DNA of 64,000 nucleotides from Daphnia carinata (Eukaryota): NCBI RefSeq assembly GCF_022539665.2, contig NC_081331.1, positions 5,394,001 to 5,458,000 of the forward strand, read 5' to 3'. Shown piece by piece: positions 51,385 to 64,000 of this stretch (position 1 is its first letter; each line of letters starts with the position of its first letter). The notes under the pieces were generated by a model. It saw only the letters and a program-made list of their open reading frames with translations, ran no database searches and was not told where the DNA came from. The position numbers and the translations under genes were made by a program.

Positions 51385-54300
51385 CCAACCTTGTCTATCG
51401 CACTACGTTGTAAAAATAAATATATTTCTACAATATTTTTTTTTTATTCTTGCTTGTTCTCTCAATTTTTTTTTTGTGTGTCCGTCTCGAAACGTTCAAG
51501 GAGAAAACAACAACACGAACGCGCTTGGCCGATTCCGTACATCCTACGCCCCAACACACCAGGATGAAAGAATATATATAAAAAAAAGGGGGGATTTGAA
51601 GAAGAAGAAGAATAGGAGGGGGTCGGAGAAGTTCACTTTGTTTAGCAGAACACTGACGTTTCCTTTCTAGCCGTCAAGTCCTCAAGAGCTATAGTTTCAT
51701 CCATCTCCCCCCGCAGAGTCCAAAGAAAGAAAAGCTTTGCCACCCGCCGGATGGCACCTCATCGCAAGAAGAAGAAAATTGGGGAGGAGTTCGAAGGTGG
51801 GTACACACACTCGGTTGTGACTTGACATGACAGCTTATAAAAGAGAAATAGAAGGGGGGGAAAAAAAAGAAGAGGGGTACGCGATAACTCTTAACATATT
51901 CCCTTATTTTTGAATATAGTATACAGCCGTCTGTCCCTTGGTCCAAAAACATACACACATGGAATTTAATGAACCTTTTTTTGGGATTTGATTTGCTCTA
52001 TGGGCATTATCAGTTAAGGAAATGTACTACGCGCAGTCGGGTTTGAAATGAAAAAGTGGTCAAAACATTTGATAAATCTATCCGATGGATTTAGTAGGAA
52101 GGTCACATTGCTCAAGTACAAAAACACGTACAAGGTTTTGCACAGAACGTTTGTTTCTTTACAATCAATACCTGTCCCAGTCAATCAGCCAAACTGCCAT
52201 TAATAAAACATATTTATTATTGTTTTTTTGTTTTTTAACATCAACGTATGCAAATCTAGTTAGGCTTGATTGAACAATCGTCAAATACGGCCTTCCTCAA
52301 TCCATACTATGTTTTGTTTTGAAAATTATTCATGGCTTTCGCAAGGCCAATGCAAACAACTGACACTGTGGGAAATCGTTTTAAATGAGTCTTTCAAGTG
52401 ACAAAACAATCGCCATTTTTGGTTCAAAAATCAAACGTTGGGGCGGATATGCTGAACCCGCATATCATTTTTCATGTGAAAAAAAAAAAAAAAAAAAAAA
52501 AGAAATCGGGTCGTCAACGTCTTTGACTGCTGATCGTGTGTTTACTCTCCGACTGAAAGAATAGCTGCCCCATGACGAATACGTAAAACAAAAAAATGAT
52601 GCGATAAGTATCTTCTACTGTGTAAGAATTGAGTCATCGTCCGCACAAGGGCGCAACGGAGGTTATGTTTGTACCATTGAAAGAGAGAAACGATAACAAT
52701 CAGCAACGACCCATGTCGACTTGCGCTAGTTCTTACGTTTTGCTATTTGAAGTCATGGATTTAATTTGTATTTGATGTGTTTCTGAAATATAAAAAGGAG
52801 GTTTTCAGTGGATTTAAACTTTAAGGTTTTGAGTCCCATCGCAGAAATTCCGGTTATGTGGATTATAATGTGGTACAGTCGAGTGAATCCGTCAGCGTTG
52901 GCTGCGATCAAAAAAAGCGAGTTATGATAATTTTCTTATTGTTCTTTTCTTTTTAATTTTTTTTTTTTTGTATTTAATTTCACGTTCTTTTCTTAATCGA
53001 AAATAAAAGAAACAGACATGACTCCTTAGTATATAGCCTCTGCACGGTGAACTCTCAACTAATTCTTCAACTGGTAATTAGACATGAATCACTTTGCAGG
53101 GCATGCCGCCAGTTAACGATCAGAGCTGAGTAAGTGTTATGCCTCCTCCTACCTCTTTAACCTGGGCCCCGCTTCCTATTTTAGCAGCCCGTACGGGGGC
53201 CTCGATGCCATCCATCTCCTCCTCCAGCCGTATCTTCGATACACCATACTACTAAAGATGTGTCCACGCCCACATCTTAATGATGAAATTTTGATTCTTC
53301 GCCACTCTTTTCTTTTCTTTTCTATTTTTTTCAAATTTTATTATTATTACTTTCGTTCTTCCATGAATTGATACATTCAAATGCCGGAAGGATGGCTGTC
53401 TCTTGCCGTTGATGGTTGAGTTGGCACGGTGCGTTAGCGCGGCTGATTGTTGTTGGACTGGGCGTCAACCGCTTGATGGATTGACATTATCACGCCAACG
53501 TGCATAGCTCGCTGACGATGATTCGCGCCAGCTTCCAGACTCGGCGTCTACGGCGCCAAACAGTAGAAGCGCCACTTATGGATGTTTGGACGTTACGATC
53601 CCTCGTCAAGGTAAAAAGGAGATAAAAAAAGAAAGGAACAACATTTTTTTTTTTTAAATTCTTTTTCTTCTTTTTTTTTTTTTGTTGATTGTTTTAGACA
53701 TTTTTTTTTAGCAGCTCGTACCCCCGTCTGAATTTTAGAACCGGATTAGCTTCTTCAGCCATGGCCAGTCTTCAAATGTCACCGTTTCATGACGCACTTG
53801 TCGCGCGAAAAGGTCGTGAAAAATGAAAAGAAATGAATAATAATAAGCCGAGGTGTTTGTCACGTGCCAAACTTTTTTTTTTTTTTTTTGGTTGGCTAAT
53901 TGGAACTCGTTGCTTTGCGTAATTGATAGTAGAGCCAGTCACGGAGGACGTGCGTGCATTTTGCTATTTGTACTGTACGTACATACGCACAGGCTAATCA
54001 CTGCCGACGTGTGTTAACTGGTAACGTCTTTTTAGCTGTTTGAATTGAACCGACGGCTTTATCTCATTAACGTCAAGTGAAACCATAAGTAGCTGAATTA
54101 TTCGTGAGGGATTCACGGCTTGGCGGACAATAGAGAAAGAGCTTTGGTGGCTTGATCCAGTTCAAGATAACAAGGTCATTACGGTTGAGATTATAGGATT
54201 AGAGCTTTATGTTGGGGAACGTTTGTAATAAAAAATAAAATTTCAAACGAATAGAAAAAGAAGAACGTGACTTGCAAAAAAAAAACGTGCGGGAGAAGAA

Positions 54301-56463
54301 CGATAGTAGCAATAAGCGGTAGTCTATTACGCAATACGTGCGAAAAGGCGGGCGAGATGTTAAGAGATTTCAATCGCGAAAAGAGACGCCAACAACAATT
54401 TTAGCCGCTTTTTTTTTTTTATTGCATCGCTCATATAATTTTTAACGACGGCCGGGATATTGCTTGCAGCTATAGTTACTAAATAGATAAACAATAGGTC
54501 GTGGACTTGTGGCAACAGTCGACCCAGTTGGTATATACCTTGACATTTTTATCGGACCAGATAAAGAGCCCGGTTTTTTGTTTCTCCTTGTTTCCAAGTG
54601 CAAGTCCCAGTTAAATCGCTCGAGTCAAATACTGGTATCCAACATCCGGATGCAGGTAGCCTATTTTTTTTTTTTTAAATACATTTCATATTCAAGCCAT
54701 CTGCTGTGTCCGCATTGAACTACCGACTCTGAGAAATCAATCGAGCTTTTTCTTTGAATAAATCATGGCCACATTTATAAAAAAAATATATATATGTCGT
54801 TTGATTGAAACCTAAAGCGCCAGATTTTTGTGGTGCTCAGATATCGAATAAATCGTAGAGAAGGCGTCGTTCGTCCCTCGTGATTGGATTTTTCTGCTAT
54901 TGCGGCGAAGAAGAGGGCGTATTTTTTGTTTTGTTTTATCAAACATTCCTTTGCGGAGGACACGCTAACTGCATCACAATCAAAAGAAAAGGCTACGCTT
55001 TTTTGTGTGTGTTGTTTGTTTCCAAGAAATAAGAACCTGATGGCGTCGTCCCACCGGCTGGAACCTATACGATGCTGAGAAAAATCATGATTTTCCTTTT
55101 TATTTCTTTTTTTCGTTTTGCCCCAGAGCGCCGATCCGCTTGCCTCTCTAGCTGTTTCTCTTTGCCCTTTTTTTTTTGTTACTCAGATCGATTAAGATTA
55201 AGGCGAAAGTTTCTTTTTAGTATGCTCAAAAGCGAAGCTGTGTTGGATAACGCAAAGTTTCGATCCCCTAAAAGGAGCTGAGACTAACAATGTCTCCGTG
55301 ATGTCGTCTCTCTTGCAACATTCCAATATAAAAACAAACACGGGGACACGAACTCTCCGATGGCCACATTTTTTTTAGTGGGTCCTTATTACGCAACATT
55401 GGTTCAAGGATGAACATCTGCAATAAGGCCTTACGCTATCAACTGACCGTATCAAACTCGTCTTTCGCAAGGGCGGCGTTTTTTTTTTTTACAGCCATTG
55501 GTTTATTGTTTGAACGTTTCGCTGGCTACTGCGTCAGTGGCATCAGCAGAAACTTCGTTTTTGCCAAAAGCCAATTGAAATACGAACGATGGAGATTGGA
55601 TGATTGCCATTTGTTGGGTAACCTACGGACACCGGAAACTCCGTTGAAATGTTAGCGTAATGCTCGTTAGGGTCGTCTTTCTCTACTTGCCAATAATAGT
55701 TTAAAACACAAAGCGTTTCGATTGAGGTCGCGTGAGAAAATTGTGGCTCAGTTGCTAACCATTTGATCGCTCCCTATGAAAATTGCCAATCATTTTTTAA
55801 AACGAATGAACAGTATTCAATCCTGTCTATTTTACACCTTCATTTGATGAATTGAAATTTGTTTGAGTTTGATTTCAGTTGAAAAGAGGAAGGTGCGTGG
55901 GTTCTCACGCCATTGCGGACGCCACGCAATCATCCCGCGTTTATCGTGCACACGTTTTCTATTTTTGGCGAGGTGCCTATTGCCTGTCACATTCGAAATG
56001 TCAAAAGGAAAATGATTAGATAACGAAAGCGGTGCTTTGGCAACAACAACAATTTATGTAATTTCTCACGAGCAATGCAAACTTTTCTTACACAAACTGG
56101 TTAGACACGATGCAGATTTTCATTGCGTGTAGACGTATATATATTTATAGAATAATAATCATTAAAAAAAAGGAGAAGCAAATAAACGAAGAATGTGGCA
56201 ACACCCAGCGCCATTCGAACGTTTTCGCCAGCGATGAAAATTTTTTTTTGTATAAATGCATTGAAAGTTCCATTGTTGCGATTTCCGTGCAGTTCGATTC
56301 AACCCGAAATGTTGATAGAAGTAAATCAATCCCCCCCCTTTCCGATTTCGACGATTTTAAGGCAACCATTTGAAAATATAATAATGTCAAAGCCGAAACA
56401 TTCACGATGCTCTAAATGCATATAGTTTTCTTTTGTAAGTAGTAAGCCGTTGCGTGTTTGAAT

Positions 56464-59400
56464 TTAAGCCAACACTTTGGCTTTGATCCAGTCGGAATAG
56501 GAAGTCACTCGAGTATAAACGCCCGGTTTGTCTTTCTCGGCACAACGGATACCTGTTGAATGTTCATATTTTTAGCCAAAATTCAATTGAAAATTAAACG
56601 ATTTATACTCACCCCAAGAAACGACACCCACTACGGCCCATCGACCCGTAGACATTTGGTACATCAACGGCCCACCGGAATCACCCTGCAAGTTGAATTG
56701 AAAAAAAAAATTGAACTGCGATGGACTTCACTTTTGTTTTTTATATGAAATTTACCTGACAAGAATCCTTGCCACCTGCTCTGTATCCGGCACACAGCTG
56801 CTGTTCGCTGATGGGCTGAGTATAAGCTTTCTGACAATCGGCCAACGCCCAAATGGGTAGGATCACTTCCAAAAGGACGTCGCTAGACTGGCCACTGTAC
56901 GAAGTTGTGCCCCATCCTATTTGAAACAATTGGATTTTAAATACACTCCGAAAGGTGGGACACAATGAAAAGAAATACCTGTAACAAAGGCGCTTTGACC
57001 CTCGAGAACAATGTTGGACGGTGGCAAACAAATGGGCCAAATATCGTTGTTGAAAGTGGCTTTCGTTTTCAGTTTGATCAGAGCTATATCGTTCTTGTAC
57101 GTCCTGCGATCGTACGACTCGTGCATGTAAATAGCCTCCGCTGCGAAATCACGACGAGCTTCGCTCACCTGAGAAAAGTCGTATTCGCCCAGCCGCACCG
57201 TCAATTCCTCCGGTTTGAAACTAGACATGCAAATTCGTTATTCACGTCCCGTACGAAAAAAGAAAAGGTTTGCATACTTGTCGACGCAGTGGGAGGCGGT
57301 GAGGATATGCTGGTCAGTGATGAGCACTCCACCGCAATACTGGTCTGTCATGTCGCGGAGCAAAGCGGCCATCCATGGCCATTCACCCTTATCAGCCGGT
57401 TGACCACCAACGATCCTTGTCGTCTGTTTCATGTGCTCACCGCAACCTATTCGTCAATTGTTTAAACGTTAATGTCTAAAAGAAACAGATGAAAAACATC
57501 AAGGTATGTTTCGAGAATAACCTTTTCTAACCGCTGCGACTGTGGTGCTGGGCTCAGTTGCGACAGCCGTGGTAGTCGGAGGCGCTACGGTGGTGGTCGT
57601 GGTTAGAGGTGCAGCTGTGGTGGTCTCTGGTGCGAGTGTAGGTGGAGGCGGGGGTGGAGGCTGAGTAGTAACGACAGTTGGCTGGGTATTGTCTGGACAG
57701 CAGACCCCCATATAACTGTCGACACAAACCAAAAGTTGAAAATGAAAGGGAGAGTTAAACTATGAATAACAATGTCCGATTTTGTTTTGTCTATACAAGA
57801 AGATGGCCGGTTTCTAAAAAACAGCTGGACACTTTGTCTAAAGAATGTTAAGACTTTTCAATGTTTCAAGACGTTGACGTGTCTGAACAAAAAGCACTCA
57901 CTCGCTGCCGATGGGACAGGCATAACTGAGGAAGGAACTCAACGAGGCAATGATTTCGGGCCGGGCACAATGCTGGACAAACCGACAACGGCCCGTCGCT
58001 CTCAGTGGAGTGAAACACGTCTGGTATGCGAAATCCGGCTGCGCGTTTTCCATGGAATTGGTGTAGAAAGTTTTGATTAGAATTTGAAAAAAGTTAAGAA
58101 AATCACGTGAGTTTTTCGTTACGTTGCCAAATCCCAAATAATAAGCCCGGCCGGGAATGAATCCTGGTACGTTCATGTCGTATGGGAGCCACAGCATTGA
58201 CGAGCTGTCGATGTATTGAGCCCACGTGATGCCTTTGAGTTCTGCAAATAAAAATTCAGTGCAATCAGAGCAATTTCAACTACTGATACGTTTAAAATTG
58301 ATCAATTAACGTCAAGATACTACAACAATCTACGTGCAACTAAGAGGAATTCGAAAACAAATTTTTTTATCCAGTGAAAATCACGCGGATTTCTTGTTAC
58401 TCTCAGTTTTATTGACAATACCGTCAGGTAAGTTGACAGCCTGAGTTGGACGACCTTGTCCGTTTCCGGGTCCCCCTCCTGGCCGACATCGTCGATGATG
58501 TGGACGTTGGCGACAAAAGTCTGAATTGCCCGGGAAGAAGTTATTGGGTCTTGTTCCTTCATTTTCATCCAATCGATCCGAGGTGACAGTAAAGGCACGC
58601 AAGAAATGATTATTCATTGCAAAAAAAACAAGTTAGCATGTTGTTGTTGTTTCAAATTCGACTGTCGTCAGGTTATCCGTCACCTCGTCATTAACGCTCT
58701 TCATGTCGAAGGGGAAATGATCCCGTCCAACACCGTCCAGTTCCAAAGATGACAGTGAGGATCATTCACACATTAGATGTAAATATTAGAACACCTTAGG
58801 AGCCGCGTGTTGTGCAAATTAACATCAGCTAGTACGTCAAGTAGAAGTCAACAATTTGTTAATGAACTAGGGCTTTGCCTTTGCAATCAGGTGGTTGTTG
58901 AATGAAAAAAGTTGTGCTGTTATTAGTTAAGGAGAAAGAAGAAATAAATGGGTACAATTAAAAAAGAGAGAAGACCTTGACTTTGTTAGTTTAATTCAAG
59001 TGAATCAAATAGAAAGCCGCAGAGACCATCACCAACCTGGCACGTCAGCGAGACTCGTCAAGCTTGGTACTATGACGTCATTCGACGGTTGTTTAGTGGT
59101 TGTCGTTACGGGTTTGCTGTTTGTTTTAGGTTTTTTAGTAGTCGTCGGTTTGTTGGCGGTTGCAACTTTACCGGGAAAACTAACGTCGCCTCCATGTGGA
59201 TTCGGCGGTGGGAAGGTAGCGCCGTTATTACCACCGAAATTGGCCCACGTTTGCGGGTTGGCCAGCGCACCCAGATCGATGTTGACTCCTCCGTTTTGAG
59301 TCGGTCGTGCGAAATTGCTCAACGCTTGATTGAAAATCCCACCAATCAGGCCACCGAACGCGTTGTTCCCGAGGTCCAATTGCTTCCCGCTACCGCTTCC

Positions 59401-60484
59401 GCCCGGAGCGGCCGTAGATGAAGGTCCGGCAGCTGCTGGCCGGCTCAGCGAAGAAAGTAAACTAAACGCGTCCGTTTGACCAACTGAAATATAATTAAAT
59501 TTCATTTTTATTTTTGAGTATATTTCTCGAGATCAATGACGTTGTCCTTGGGCAAAATGTTCTAATACGATTATGTTTTTGCCAACGGCTTACTACGGTA
59601 TACCAAAGGTATTAGAAAATGTGCGAGCATTAAAAGCTCGTTAAAAAAACTTAAAATTGCATTCCACTTTTTTCTTTAAAAAGATTTCTTTTCACAGAAA
59701 TAGAAGCTATTTCGTAATACGCGTTTTGAAATGAAGAACAAAAAAAACGTAATGCCCGAACTGGCAGAGGCATTTTCAGGAATCGAAAGCCGACAAATCC
59801 AAGGATATCAGCTTCTCACATGAAGGAATATGTCGTCCCTCAAACAAGCAAAAAGACCGTGTCCAGGTAGGTTGCTAAAAGACCTCGGCAAAGCAGCTGG
59901 CCGACAAAAATGCAAGGGCGTCGTTTATCTTATCGCTTCGTTCAAATGGCTTCCACCTTCGCTTCTTCTTCCTGATTCTCGTGACAAGGCACAACATGGA
60001 AAACTGTTTCTTTAGGGAAAAAGAAGACAATCAGGCAACGCAGATTCAAGACGAACGACAAACGAAAAAAGAAGCGGATAAAATGAATAAGAAAGAAACA
60101 AAAAAATTGACCGCCGGCTGTTCTTTTTTCTTACATTGCGCCATACTCTGTTCTCTACCTTCCCAGGTAGAGAGTTTAAACCCCCCCCCCCCAGCTGACT
60201 CTTCTTCCCCCTTTATGAACGTTATTGTTCAGACAGATTTTGCATCAAACGATTCGTTACTTAAACTGGCTCAAGCTCGTGTGCTAAATCAAATCGATTA
60301 ACGTTTGAATCGTTCGAATCAAATGAAAAGACACACCTTGACGTTTCCTGCGTTCTTTAGGTCCGAAAGACGATTGATAATCAATGTGACCACGGCCGCT
60401 GACTGTCACTAATTCAGCCATTACAATAAGGCCGATAATTAAGTAGATCCCCTTCCAACGTGATGCACCTGACAACTCCGTCAT
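56464..60484 (-). CDS. CLIP-domain trypsin-like serine protease (proclotting-enzyme-like) with a long N-terminal extension
   Basis: Signal peptide from 60484. Clip domain [17 protein letters not shown]...YACPIGSDYMGVCC, then a Pro/Thr linker and activation site [14 protein letters not shown]. Catalytic triad TASHC, NDIAL and KDSCQ|GDSGGP. Ends [20 protein letters not shown] at 56464. Confidence 0.93.
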
Positions 60485-63052
60485 TTCCTGGTTTTCTTTT
60501 TGTACACGGTAATCACACACGAGGCTGAATCGCGTTAATTAACACTAAAAATCAGGCCACACGTAAACCGCACCCTTTTGAAGTCTGAAAAATGTTACAC
60601 GCAAAGTGAAATAACAGGCCGGTGGTTGTATGAAAATGTGCTGAAGGGCCTGAAAGAGACGCAGTGCGGTCCACCTGCGACACCTTTGGCAGCTGACGAG
60701 AGACTGAGGCTGGTCAGCATCAAGGGCTTTACGTGCTGAACAGAAATGGCCGCTTCAGCTAGAACCTTGGCTCTCTTCATTGTATCCTTTCTTTTCCCGT
60801 ACACCCACATGCATGATCGCTTTATACCTGGCGCATTCGTCAGAATTTTCAAGGCCTGTAGAGTTGGGCTCGTAGGTTGATTGAATCACCAGGTGTATTC
60901 CAGAAACTACATGTAATTCAAAGACTAAAAGAGCGATGATAAAACGAAGGAAGAGGAGGAAAGGTGAAGGAAATTGAGGTCAGTGAGAATTTTCACGGAG
61001 ACTGTCAAAAGAGACGAAGAGAAGAGGTTAGGTGAACAAATTCAGGTGTGACAGGTAAGCAAAAAAAAAGGAATACCCTTACTCTTATTTTCAGGGGTGC
61101 TCTAATGGGATGGGTTTTAAAATTGTGCAGACAAAAAAAAAAAGAAGGGGAAGTTCCCTAATATTTTTGGGTTCAGTGCATCTTTTTCCTATTTTTTTTT
61201 TTAAATAATTATTGACGTAAAAAGAAAATTGCCTCTCCGTTTTTACATATTTTTGGTTGAAGGTCGTCGTTTCGAATCCGGGTTTCCCCCCCATTTTTCG
61301 AGTAGCCGTCCTATATCTGCCTACCGGATTCTGTGCGTCTTGGTGGCTCGAAAAAAAGTGAAAGTTCTTCCATTCCACATGTCTTCGTAGTGCAAAACGC
61401 TCGGGCTTTTCCCAGTTCTGAAAAGAAAATGGAGACGAGGCAAAGAAGAGAAAAAAGGCCTTGACGTCATTTTGCTTTATTAATGAACTGTTTCCGGTAC
61501 ACCTGACGCACTTCAAAAGTAAGAGAAGCTTAAGTAAAAGAGTCTTAACGTCATCACACAGATGCGCAAACGTAGGGAGGCTTTTAATCGCTGGCGACTT
61601 AAACGAAAGACCGACAAACTACATTTACGAACATCACCAATTGGGGTTTAGTTATTATTCTTTGATTGATCATTGTGGTTAATAATACAATTTTATTTGG
61701 TTATGACGTATGAAATGTGTATCTCTCTCTTTTTTTTTGCACAATTCATGACGCTTCAGGGTTTTCAACGTAACAGAAAGTTGGGTTGAATGTTGAAATC
61801 TCTAACGCACGTTTTGATTCTTCGGGGTTTCCCAAAATTCCGGGATTTCTGATGAATATGCGTCGGGATCCGGTCATGATAGAAACGCAAGGCCATTTCG
61901 AATTTGGCAAGTTTCCAGTACGTATCGGTTTGGACGATTCGATTGACGCATTTTTTTTTTTCATCCAATTGATTGTTATCAGTCTTAGGTTACCTCCGAT
62001 TGGCCAAAAGGAATCCTATACAAACAGCGCATTGCTATTTCCGAACCTGTCCGGCCATCCGCAAACTACCAGCTCCAACGCTCATTCAAATTGGCACGCG
62101 AAGCTATGAATAAAAATTTGTTTAATGATATTTGATTCTTGTATGAAATTTGTTGCTTCATTTTGTTCATTGTCATAATTACGTTTGCTGTTGTGTTTAA
62201 TCCAGTTTCAAGGGAAACTATCAGACCCAACGGATGTTGCAATTTCCTTCCGGTTTTCAATGATCGCAGGTGAACCACACCCGATGCGAACTGAGTAACG
62301 TGAAATGTCCTCATACAATTTTCGTTGTCGATTCAAACAGCTAATATCATAGAGTTTATTTCCTTCAGGTTTCGGTATGTGGCCCCATCTCACGGTTAGC
62401 AGCGGGATCAATTTCTTTTCATTTTGACTTTGAGATTAGCTTATTTCAGCACTTCGAACCTATTTTTTTATTGCGCCCTTCGAAATAGGTCGTTAGTAAA
62501 TCATTCTTCACAGATGCTCTGATTACATAATGATCACGTACACGGATAGCGCTAAATCGTAGACATTAACCGGTGGACTCACAGCTTGAAAGTCCATTTG
62601 TGCTCTGTAGCATACATGCGCCGTTTATCAAATAAAGCTCGAAACAACAGGTGAAAAACAAGAGGTAGGATATCATCGTTAAAGTTCACTAAAGCAAACA
62701 AATGTTGAAGGTTCAATAGGACAAGCAGAAAATCTGCTCGTGACATTATGTATGACATCTGACAAATCCTAGCCGATGAGAGCAGAAAGATCGAGAAATG
62801 TTTGACCAACTTATCATCATATGACGCAATTCGATTTCGATACAAAAAGACCCGCAACCAGCCAGTTGGCCGTGAATCTGCAAGAAAAACACAACTAAAT
62901 TCCTACCAAGCGTGTCCGACTTCTATTTTCAAGGTAAATTCGTAGGAGGAAATTATAATAATGAAAAACATTTGATTTGAATTCACGATGGTTTCATCTC
63001 ACTCCCGTAACCAACACAAAAATGCTAATCGAACTCTTGTTCAAATTTCAGA

Positions 63053-64000
63053 ATGAAGTTGTTCTTGCTGGTGATTGGGTTGCTGTTTGGCGCAAGTCAG
63101 AGCAGGGTTCTCTTGCAGGGCTTCTGGTGGGATTTCTCGAACGACAATTACCCTAATGCATGGGCCGATTACCTAGCAGAGCTATCGCCCAGACTTGCCG
63201 AAATGGGAATCGATTCTGTCTGGGTACCGCCGACCATCAAGAATTCCGGCTATGGAGTAGGTTACGCACCATTCGATCATTACGACCTCGGAGACAAGTA
63301 TCAGAAAGGCTTCACTGGAACACGCATCGGCACCAAGGATGAACTTCTCCGCATGGTGGCTGTCATGCACGCCAACGGAATCGACGTCATCCAGGACGGG
63401 TATTTAGCATTTTCCTTTGATTGTAATATACAGAACGCATTTCTAAAAATTCGACACGCACAATCAGCGTACTTAACCACCTCATTGGAGCGGGAGCTTC
63501 AGACGGTTCCGGTGGATCTGATCCCGCTGGATGGAACGATAAATACACCAATTTCCGTTACGTCAGTTTCGCCACACCGGCCACGACGGAAACTGCCAGC
63601 GATTACCTTTCGCGAGCTGGACGATTCCCAAAGAATTGGCAAAACTTTCACAACAACCCCGTAACCAATTAAAAATCAACATAATAAAACAAAACAATTA
63701 CGAAGACGTCATCCTTAATTCTTGTTCTCCTACAGGGACATGATTGCAGGGATGGGGACATCTGCGCTGGATATTGGGGCCCCGACATTTGCTATTATCC
63801 GGGCGCTTACGGCCAAAGTTCCAACGCCGCCTACAATCCTGCGCAGTCATCCGATTACATGCGTGACAAAATGCGCAGTTGGCTCATTTGGTACAAGAAA
63901 CAAATGGGCATCGATGGGTGGAGATTTGACGCTGTCAAACATTTCCTCCCGGAAGCGATGGAAGACTTCCTCTGGAACCTACAATTTAATGCCGGATGGG
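63053..64000 (+). CDS. Secreted GH13 alpha-amylase of bacterial type with spliceosomal introns; truncated at the window end
   Basis: Exons 63053-63399, 63468-63660 and 63736 onward are phase-consistent. Signal peptide, VLLQGFWWD, GIDSVWVPP, GYAPFDHYDLGD, GTKDEL, conserved region I DGVLNH and region II DGWRFDAVKHF with the nucleophile Asp. Confidence 0.93.

Noticed and set aside
53020..53290. TATA-like box and a 54-nt GTAAGT...TTTTAG intron-like segment on the plus strand
   Set aside because: No convincing ORF across the junction. It cannot be supported without RNA data.
60590..62110. Possible degenerate mobile element or MITE between the protease and the amylase
   Set aside because: No clear terminal inverted repeats, target-site duplication or recognisable protein motif.
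63053..64000. Bacterial contamination explaining the amylase
   Set aside because: The gene has phase-consistent spliceosomal introns of host-typical size and is contiguous with animal genes.
1..64000. CRISPR array, rRNA genes or prokaryotic operons
   Set aside because: No regularly spaced repeat-spacer structure or rRNA motifs were seen. The window is eukaryotic.

Overview
Eukaryotic, AT-rich genomic DNA with many 55-80 nt spliceosomal introns and long A/T homopolymers. Intron size and gene content suggest a crustacean such as Daphnia (inference). From left to right: the 5' part of VPS13D (-) with three apparent frameshifts, head-to-head with DHODH (+); a DEG/ENaC channel (-); an unknown secreted protein (+); semaphorin-5 (-) spread over ~17.5 kb; a tightly linked two-gene unit at 42983-46037 (-); a CLIP-domain trypsin-like protease (-); and a bacterial-type GH13 alpha-amylase with introns (+, truncated). 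The strongest candidate for an undescribed system is the two-gene unit. A small acidic spliced gene ending in GVPHTHTWWY lies 115 bp upstream of an intronless 760-aa DUF4781-like protein that has hydrophobic helices and a C-terminal HYDKH...EQY module resembling bacterial polymorphic RNase toxins. This suggests a possible animal toxin-immunity pair, perhaps co-expressed from one transcript. All gene models were built by hand and all family calls come from motif recall, not database searches.
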